Shown: positions 47,415 through 53,477 of the stretch, piece by piece
Layout of the letters: each line of letters opens with the position of its first letter
Position numbering within the stretch: position 1 is the stretch's first letter
From: a virus
Lineage: Duplodnaviria > Caudoviricetes
Length of the DNA stretch: 64,000 nucleotides
IMG/VR virus record: IMGVR_UViG_2687453531_000003
Span: 1 to 64,000 of that record
Reading direction: 5' to 3' (one strand)
Notes under the pieces: model-generated
Told to the model about the DNA's origin: nothing
What the model saw: the letters and a program-made list of their open reading frames with translations, nothing else
Database searches by the model: none
Program-made: the position numbers and the translations under genes

Positions 47415-47681
47415 ATGCTGGTGATTCGATTGGCGGGGAAGTGGACGCTGAAGCTCGACAGGCAGATAGGCAGTTCCGGCAAACACGGGATATGGGCATT
47501 CCACTGCTCTGAAAGCACTTTCGCGCCGTCTTCAAACGACCTGCGGCGCACTGCGGCGATCCTGCCGGCCGAACCCAAGGAAGGCCAGACGGTGGAGGTA
47601 TCCATCTGCGACACCGCGCACTCGCCGGATGGATGGATCGCTGTTGGCGCAGGCGTCGCCGCTTACGAAGCGGAGCGCTGA
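47415..47681 (+). CDS. Hypothetical protein (88 aa)
   Basis: GGAG RBS, TAGACT -10-like box at ~47384. Confidence 0.7.
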   Translation: MLVIRLAGKWTLKLDRQIGSSGKHGIWAFHCSESTFAPSSNDLRRTAAILPAEPKEGQTVEVSICDTAHSPDGWIAVGAGVAAYEAER

Positions 47682-48349
47682 GGCTCGATCAACTGCGGCC
47701 CCTGGTTCCTCACGTTCCCCACGTCGCGGCTTACCGGATACCAGGTGAACGCCTCGCTCGGCTCGCCCTGGTTCAGCGCGATCTGTTCCGCGCGCTCCGC
47801 CGGCGTAGCCGGATCCAGCCACTCGCGTGCCTGCTCGGGTGACAGCACAACAGGACGCCGATCGTGGATGTCCACCATGCCGCCCTCGGCGTCCGCGGTA
47901 ATGATCACGAAACCATGCCGTTCGTCCTGCGCGCCATCGAGCCCGGGGAACTGGCCGATCGCGGCGCAGAGGATCGGTGAGCCGTCGGCGTGCTGGATGT
48001 GGTACGGCTGCTTCTTTGACGCACCGGTGTCCACCCACTCGAACCAGCCTGAAACGGGGCAAAGCGCGCGATGGCGCCAAGCTGCGCTGAAGAAGCGTCC
48101 ATGCGCCACTTTCTCGACCCGAGCGTTGATCGGCGCCGCGCGGTCCCTAGCCCAGAAGGGCCGCCAGCCCCATCGAATCGGCTGAGCTACGAGCGCATCG
48201 CCTTCGAGCCGTAGCGTCGTCACGGCCGTCGATGGCGCAACGTTGTAGCGCTCTGACTGTTCGCCGACGAGGTTGACCAGGACGTTGGGCATCGACAGCG
48301 CGTCGACGAACTCGTGCAGGCCGGTGTACTGGCTGAGCCTTCCGCACAT
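47663..48349 (-). CDS. SRAP/YedK abasic-site crosslinking protein
   Basis: MCGR N-terminus, RYNVAP, INARVE, FEW, HDRRP. Confidence 0.95.
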   Translation of the reverse strand: MCGRLSQYTGLHEFVDALSMPNVLVNLVGEQSERYNVAPSTAVTTLRLEGDALVAQPIRWGWRPFWARDRAAPINARVEKVAHGRFFSAAWRHRALCPVSGWFEWVDTGASKKQPYHIQHADGSPILCAAIGQFPGLDGAQDERHGFVIITADAEGGMVDIHDRRPVVLSPEQAREWLDPATPAERAEQIALNQGEPSEAFTWYPVSRDVGNVRNQGPQLIEPQRSAS

Positions 48350-48358
48350 TTCGCATCC

Positions 48359-48451
48359 TCACAGGCTGATCGAAGCTTTCAATACTAGATAGATGCACAT
48401 CGCTATCGCTGCTGTTAGAAGCAGGCCGACGGCCAGAATACTGAGCTTCAT
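48359..48451 (-). CDS. 30-aa single-TM peptide, candidate alpha-polymerase inhibitor (Iap-like)
   Basis: GAGG RBS; MKLSILAVGLLLTAAIAMCIYLVLKASISL; not in ORF track. Confidence 0.65.
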   Translation of the reverse strand: MKLSILAVGLLLTAAIAMCIYLVLKASISL

Positions 48452-48639
48452 GGTTACCTCGTGAAAGCTGCACCTGAGCTGCTGAATTCATCGAGGGGAC
48501 ACAGCAGGACGAAGAGGGGGAGGCTCCAGGAAGGCCTGGACCCTCCGTGACCATAGGAGGAAGTCACCTAGGTAAGGCTAGCCATGTTTCGCGTTTGGGC
48601 AAGCGAAGCGGCGCGGTATGGGCTATCGCGGGAGAGGGG

Positions 48640-49155
48640 TTATGGTGGCCAGCGCCACGGCCGGAAGTCGCTGGGGATCTGCTCGACAAGCAGCAGCGTG
48701 CCGCCGGCGTCGAGTTCGATCACCAGGCCACGCACGACGCCCGCGCGCTCAAGCGCCTGGCCCATGCGCAAGTATGTTATCCCGTCCAGGGGATCCCGGC
48801 CGAGGTAGCCCAGCCGCTGTCGTCCGGGTGCGGGCCCGTGGTAGATGCCCTCGTCGTCCACGCTCCCGACGACGGCGCCGCCGTCGAGCACGTCGTAGCA
48901 GCAGTCCGAGCAGTAGTGCGTCTCGCGCGTGATGCCGTGCTCGATCGCCCATGAGTACATGCCGAGGGCGTCGGTGACCATGTCGTGCCTGTCCTGCAGG
49001 CCCACGACGCCGCACTGGTAGAGCTCGTTGGCCTCGGCGACCAGGTACAGGTACTGCTCATCCGCGGCGTACAGCCAGGCAGCATGCTGCCGCATCGCTG
49101 CAAGCCATTGTGTTACGCGCTGATGATGGCAATGCCTAGGGTCGGAGTAGGACAT
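48640..49155 (-). CDS. Hypothetical protein (171 aa), LexA-box controlled
   Basis: GGAG RBS; CATAAT -10 and SOS box directly upstream. Confidence 0.75.
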   Translation of the reverse strand: MSYSDPRHCHHQRVTQWLAAMRQHAAWLYAADEQYLYLVAEANELYQCGVVGLQDRHDMVTDALGMYSWAIEHGITRETHYCSDCCYDVLDGGAVVGSVDDEGIYHGPAPGRQRLGYLGRDPLDGITYLRMGQALERAGVVRGLVIELDAGGTLLLVEQIPSDFRPWRWPP

Positions 49156-49191
49156 GGGAATCTCCGGCGGACGAGTGGGCCGGAAATTATG

Positions 49192-49207
49192 CTGTATGAA
49201 TATCCAG
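49192..49207. promoter_or_regulatory. LexA (SOS) box
   Basis: CTGTATGAATATCCAG = CTG-N10-CAG, abutting minus-strand -10 CATAAT. Confidence 0.8.
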
Positions 49208-49387
49208 TGTTCGAGGGCGTCCGACGAGCGGAGAGTGGCGCTCAGGCATGTCTGGAGGAGGGCGAAATCATTTCCGCAATTTAAGAATCGACCCAGGCAG
49301 CAAGCGGCATCCATCGAAGGAAAAATGTCTGAATTGCGGAAACGAAATCCAGCCGCAACCCGCATAAACCTTGAATTCAGCGATAGA

Positions 49388-49445
49388 CTTGAAAACCGTC
49401 GAAGGGGAGACTCTTCCGTGAGTTCGAATCTCACCGCCTCCGCCA
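49388..49445 (+). repeat. att site: 3' half of tRNA-Ser(UGA) (anticodon loop to CCA), not an intact tRNA
   Basis: CTTGAAAACCGTCGAAGGGGAGACTCTTCCGTGAGTTCGAATCTCACCGCCTCCGCCA: long variable arm, T-loop, CCA; no 5' acceptor/D arm. Confidence 0.9.
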
Positions 49446-49530
49446 TATAACCTTCTGTTTTCATTGATGTTTTCATTCGATCCGCTCTCAGGAGTGAACG
49501 ATTTGGGAACAAACTGGGAACGAGGCGCAG

Positions 49531-49559
49531 AAAAAAGGGGCCCAGCAGGGCCCCTTTTT
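49531..49559. terminator. Bidirectional terminator after integrase
   Basis: AAAAAGGGGCCC-AGCA-GGGCCCCTTTTT. Confidence 0.88.
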
Positions 49560-49566
49560 CGTTGCT

Positions 49567-50736
49567 TCAGGAAAGTTTCAGCGCCTGGTTCAGCAGACCT
49601 ACGATGTCGGGGCCGTCCTTGCTGATCCACTTGGCGTAATGCTTGAAGATCATCGCCGTCGAGGTGTGCCCCATCTGGTCCGCGATCCATTCGGGAGTGG
49701 CGATGCCGCTGCTGAGCATCTGGCTGGCGAAGGTGTGACGGCACTGATTGGGACCACGCGAGCGGACGCCCGCATTCCTGAGGTGGCCATGCCACCAGCC
49801 GTTGCGCAGCGTATCCGACGTGGAGTACGCCGCCCCGCTAGCACTGTTGTGGAACACGAAGCGTACCCGTTGAGCCTTTCTGGTCCGGTTGTCGCGGTCT
49901 ATCACCTCGATCTGTACGGGCGGAAGGCGTCTGGTTAGTTTGGCCTGCTGCTGCAGTGCGCGCAGCGCCGGGGCCAGTAGCTGGACCTTCCTCGTCGATC
50001 GGCGAGTCTTGGTGACCTTGTACTGGCTGCGTACACGGGCGCGGCGGAAAACCACGGTCCCCGTGTCCAAATCGACATCTTCCCAGGCCAGAGCTATGGC
50101 CTCGCTGACGCGGGGGCCGCTCCAGATCATGAATTCCGCCAGGTTCAGCTCACCGATGCGCGCGGTTTCGGTACCGAGGATGAGGTCGATTTCCTCTCGA
50201 GTGAATGGGTCTGGGTCATCCGCATCCGGGAGAGTGATCACGATGCCGTCTGTTGGGTCGTGCGCGGTCCGGTTCCGAGTTCGATACAGCCGGAAGATCT
50301 GCCGCAGGTTGCTGACGATCTCTCGCACCGTCTTGTTGTGCAGCTTGGGCATGAGCGTGTTCTGCACCCAGTCTTGAATATCCAGGTGGTCGATGCTGTC
50401 GGCCTGGCTGTCACCCCAGCGAGGTCGGATGTGGGTTTCCACGCGGCTGGTGTAGCCGCGGAAGCCGCTGGCGGCGATCTGGTTGCGTTTGATATCGAGC
50501 CAGAGGTCGATGTAATGGCCGAGGGTGTTGCTTTTCACCCGGGGTGAGTCCGGGAAGTGTCGGCTGTAGTTGAAGACTCCTTGCTTGATCTCGTAGTTGA
50601 TGATGCCGGCCAGCCGTTCGGCATTGGCTATATTCTCGGGCGTTGCGTCCCCTGGTATGGACTCCCTACACAGCTCGCCCTGGTAGCGGAAGTAGATCCT
50701 GATCCGGTTTCCGCGTACCTCGACTCCGTCTGCCAT
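49567..50736 (-). CDS. int: Tyrosine integrase with Arm DNA-binding domain
   Basis: GPRVSE..AL.W.D, RHTFAS, QMGH, KHY. Confidence 0.95.
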   Translation of the reverse strand: MADGVEVRGNRIRIYFRYQGELCRESIPGDATPENIANAERLAGIINYEIKQGVFNYSRHFPDSPRVKSNTLGHYIDLWLDIKRNQIAASGFRGYTSRVETHIRPRWGDSQADSIDHLDIQDWVQNTLMPKLHNKTVREIVSNLRQIFRLYRTRNRTAHDPTDGIVITLPDADDPDPFTREEIDLILGTETARIGELNLAEFMIWSGPRVSEAIALAWEDVDLDTGTVVFRRARVRSQYKVTKTRRSTRKVQLLAPALRALQQQAKLTRRLPPVQIEVIDRDNRTRKAQRVRFVFHNSASGAAYSTSDTLRNGWWHGHLRNAGVRSRGPNQCRHTFASQMLSSGIATPEWIADQMGHTSTAMIFKHYAKWISKDGPDIVGLLNQALKLS

Positions 50737-50781
50737 CTGGTTCCCCTGATCCACACCAAACGTTCAGGCTATCAAGTCTCC

Positions 50782-50806
50782 AAAAAAATAGGCCCGCAAG
50801 CGGGCC
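50782..50806 (-). terminator. Terminator ending early operon before int
   Basis: GGCCCGC-TT-GCGGGCC then TATTTTTTT on minus strand. Confidence 0.7.
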
Positions 50807-50838
50807 AAGAAGATTCGTTGCCTGTTTCTGGTAGCTCT

Positions 50839-50946
50839 CTACCATTCAGTCAACACCATGAAGTACAGGATGAAGACAACCAAAGTCGCGAGAGAGAAGT
50901 TCAACAGGCTGCGAGGGCTGTCTAGCATTTTGAGTAGTTCGTGCAT
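50839..50946 (-). CDS. Small hydrophobic peptide (35 aa)
   Basis: AAGGGG RBS; MHELLKMLDSPRSLLNFSLATLVVFILYFMVLTEW. Confidence 0.55.
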   Translation of the reverse strand: MHELLKMLDSPRSLLNFSLATLVVFILYFMVLTEW

Positions 50947-50956
50947 GAATATCCCC

Positions 50957-52189
50957 TTAACAGAACAGCAGCGGCTGTACCGCGCCGTCGGCGAAGACTT
51001 TGTCGAGAGGGGTGATGGCGATTGGCTCGTCGCCGTCCCAGCCATCCGGCCAGGTTCCGGCGGCGATCAGCTCGCGGATGCGGGCCTCTTCCTCGGCGTT
51101 GATCAGGTCGATGTGAGGGCGACCGAGGGGGGCGGCTGCGGCGTTGCATTCGGCCTGGATGGCCAGCACGCGCTCCAGGCCCATCAAGCGGGACTCCAGC
51201 AGGATCGGTCCCATACGCTGGGGGTTCGCCGCGATGCTGCCGTCCTTCAGCCGCTCGATGCCGGCCTTGCGTAGACGATGCTGGGGTTCGCGCAACTCGC
51301 GCCACAGCGGCTTGATGCGCTTGAGCGGCGCCAGGTACTGCCAGTACGGAACCAGCAGGATCGTGTCGAGCGCCTTGTCTTCATCAGTCAGCGGGCAACT
51401 GGTGCAACCGGTGCGCGCGTTGATTTCCTCGGCCTCGTCGCCGCCGTAGGCGTCGGCGATCATGGTGGTAGACCAGTCGCCGAATTCGGGCAGGGGGGCC
51501 CAGTGCTTCAGCCATTCCCAGACATGACAGACCCGCCAGTGCAGAAGCGGTGCGAGCGTGGCGATGCGTCCCTTGATGCCCTTTGCCTCGGGTAGAACCT
51601 TTTGATACCAGCCCTGGCCGCACTCGGCTCCATCCTTACCGCATGACATCTCGATGCGTTTGTCGCGTATTGCGCTCTCGCCCTGGCGTACGCCAGTGAT
51701 CATCAACACGTTGCCGTCGAGCGCGGCCAGGCGTTGCTCGAGGGCGGTGACCATCGGGTCGACCTTGATCTGCCGGGTGCACCAGCGAAGCGTGTTGTTG
51801 TTCGGCGGTGGCACGCCCCTGCCGAGGATGTAGACCATGAAGCGCTTGTCGAGCGGGGCCATGACCACTTCGACGTGGACGCCACGCTCTTCCAGTTCGT
51901 CCATGAGGTGACGCGCAGAGTTCGCCAGCGGCAGCAATTCCAGACGGGTATCGGCATAGAACACGGTCAAGGTTTTCGGCGCTTTCACCTTCCTGGCGTC
52001 GATCAGATAGAGCACTAGAGTGACAGTGGCGCTACTGTCCTTGCCGCCCGACCAGGCAATGGCCCAATGCTCATGATCGGCGCCGTAGGCCTGTAGGGAT
52101 TGGATTGTCAGTTCAATGCTCTCGGTCATCTGCAGGCGCTGGGCGCCGGCGGCGAAGATGTCGTTTTGACGCGGGGTAAAGGTCTTCAC
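50957..52189 (-). CDS. PAPS-reductase-family protein, DndC-like
   Basis: SGGKDS PP-loop, ADTRLE, GRGVPPP...RWCT..IK, GVR.GES..R, RTGC..C. Confidence 0.85.
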   Translation of the reverse strand: MKTFTPRQNDIFAAGAQRLQMTESIELTIQSLQAYGADHEHWAIAWSGGKDSSATVTLVLYLIDARKVKAPKTLTVFYADTRLELLPLANSARHLMDELEERGVHVEVVMAPLDKRFMVYILGRGVPPPNNNTLRWCTRQIKVDPMVTALEQRLAALDGNVLMITGVRQGESAIRDKRIEMSCGKDGAECGQGWYQKVLPEAKGIKGRIATLAPLLHWRVCHVWEWLKHWAPLPEFGDWSTTMIADAYGGDEAEEINARTGCTSCPLTDEDKALDTILLVPYWQYLAPLKRIKPLWRELREPQHRLRKAGIERLKDGSIAANPQRMGPILLESRLMGLERVLAIQAECNAAAAPLGRPHIDLINAEEEARIRELIAAGTWPDGWDGDEPIAITPLDKVFADGAVQPLLFC

Positions 52190-52470
52190 TGATGCGTCTC
52201 CGTCTGGGCAGAGCTCCGCTCCAAAAGGGCGATGCCTCCCTGCGCTTTCCTGGCCGCCAGGTTGGCCATGTAGCTGGCCCACTCGACAGCCTTGGCCTGT
52301 TGGCGAATTCGGCTGCAGCGTTGGTGTTTGCCGGTGGAACGTGCGTTGCCGCAGATATCACAGATGCTCGGAAGGTCCAGCCGCTTGCTGGCCATCGCTG
52401 GGCGAGTGCGAGCCGCCGACGTGGTTGTGCTAGCCTTGGCGCCGCCGCCTTGAGGCTGATTCGCTTGCAT
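52186..52470 (-). CDS. Small Zn-binding protein (C-x2-C...H-x2-C)
   Basis: CDICG..RSTGKHQRCS; AGGAG RBS. Confidence 0.7.
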   Translation of the reverse strand: MQANQPQGGGAKASTTTSAARTRPAMASKRLDLPSICDICGNARSTGKHQRCSRIRQQAKAVEWASYMANLAARKAQGGIALLERSSAQTETHQ

Positions 52471-52529
52471 GGTGTCTCTCCTTTGGGGTGGTTGGCGCCA
52501 GGGAGTTGCCGCTCCCTGGCGCCTCTTCT

Positions 52530-52736
52530 TCAACGCCGCGCGGGGTGCTCGCGCAGTTCCTGACAGCTGATGCAGCACTCACAACCCGGGGCGGCCTGGC
52601 GGCGAGCCTCGGGGATTCGCTCGCCGCAGTCTTCGCACCAGAGGGCGCTGGGTGCCAGGCGGGTGTTTGTCCGCTGGGCCAGGGCGGCCTGGACCATGTT
52701 CTCGGCCCGTTCGTTGGCCTGGTCGATCACATCCAC
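52530..52736 (-). CDS. TraR/DksA C4 zinc-finger protein
   Basis: D.ID.A.E, CEDCGERIPEARR.A.PGC..C..CQ. Confidence 0.9.
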   Translation of the reverse strand: MDVIDQANERAENMVQAALAQRTNTRLAPSALWCEDCGERIPEARRQAAPGCECCISCQELREHPARR

Positions 52737-52747
52737 AGTCAGCCTCC

Positions 52748-53101
52748 TTATGCTGCAAGCTTCGCTGCGGCCCAGCGCTTGCTCAGGTCCTGCCAGATCG
52801 CATCGCCGTTTTCGAAGTACTCATGCACTTCCTGTTTCGGGGCGTAGTCCATGCGCAGCACGGACAGGCACGCATCGAACAGCGCTGGGTCGAGGCGGCG
52901 CAGCTCGGTGAGGTCGAAGCGGTGGGCTTGGCCGTTGTACAGGCCGAGCAGGAACCGACCGATCACGCCGCTCTGGCCGCTGTCGCGCTGGGCGATCGGC
53001 AGCAGGCGTTTCAGCGCGGTGAGGCCGGCTACCTCGTTCTCCTGCTGCCTGGCCTGGAAGTCGTGGATCAACCGCAGATAGTCGTGGGGGAGGGGTTGCA
53101 T
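52748..53101 (-). CDS. Conserved hypothetical protein (117 aa)
   Basis: DSGQS..IGRFLLGLYNG....FDLTELR.LD. Confidence 0.8.
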   Translation of the reverse strand: MQPLPHDYLRLIHDFQARQQENEVAGLTALKRLLPIAQRDSGQSGVIGRFLLGLYNGQAHRFDLTELRRLDPALFDACLSVLRMDYAPKQEVHEYFENGDAIWQDLSKRWAAAKLAA

Positions 53102-53160
53102 GGTGTCTCTCCTATCGGTTTGTGGTCCCGGCGTTGCCGCGCCGGGTCAAGGGTCGTCGG

Positions 53161-53433
53161 TCAGTTCGCTACAACGGCGTGGATGGTGAGGTCGCTGGGG
53201 ATATCGCCTTTGAGGTGCCGCAGGTGCTTGATCTGTTGCTCACTGCATTCGTCGATGCAGATCACCTTGGCGCCGTGGCTGATGCGGTGGCGCACCAACA
53301 GCTCTAGGTCGAACGGTGTGTAGAGACTGCCGCTGATGATCTGGTGCTCTTCCTGACCGGCCTTACGTGCGGCCTGGCGCAGGCGAATGGTCTTGCCGGT
53401 CATCCGTGCGCCGCGTTCTACGTTCAGTTGCAT
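53161..53433 (-). CDS. Miniature P-loop-like protein (90 aa)
   Basis: GARMTGKT and VICIDE. Confidence 0.75.
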   Translation of the reverse strand: MQLNVERGARMTGKTIRLRQAARKAGQEEHQIISGSLYTPFDLELLVRHRISHGAKVICIDECSEQQIKHLRHLKGDIPSDLTIHAVVAN

Positions 53434-53477
53434 GGTGTCTCTCCTTTGGGGTTGCAGTTCCGGCGTTGCCGCGCCGG

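Larger units (their letters stand above)
1..49445. mobile_element. Lambdoid (siphovirus) prophage 1, apparently complete; attL lies just left of the window
   Basis: Full gene order int-xis-early left-cI/cro-replication-Q-holin-terminase-head-tail-lysis, ending at a tRNA-Ser 3' fragment. Confidence 0.95.

Noticed and set aside
49370-49445. Intact tRNA-Ser gene
   Set aside because: 5' acceptor strand and D-arm are missing; it is an att duplicate
50957-52189. Complete Dnd phosphorothioation or sulfate-assimilation operon
   Set aside because: No dndB/D/E, ssp or cys genes in the window
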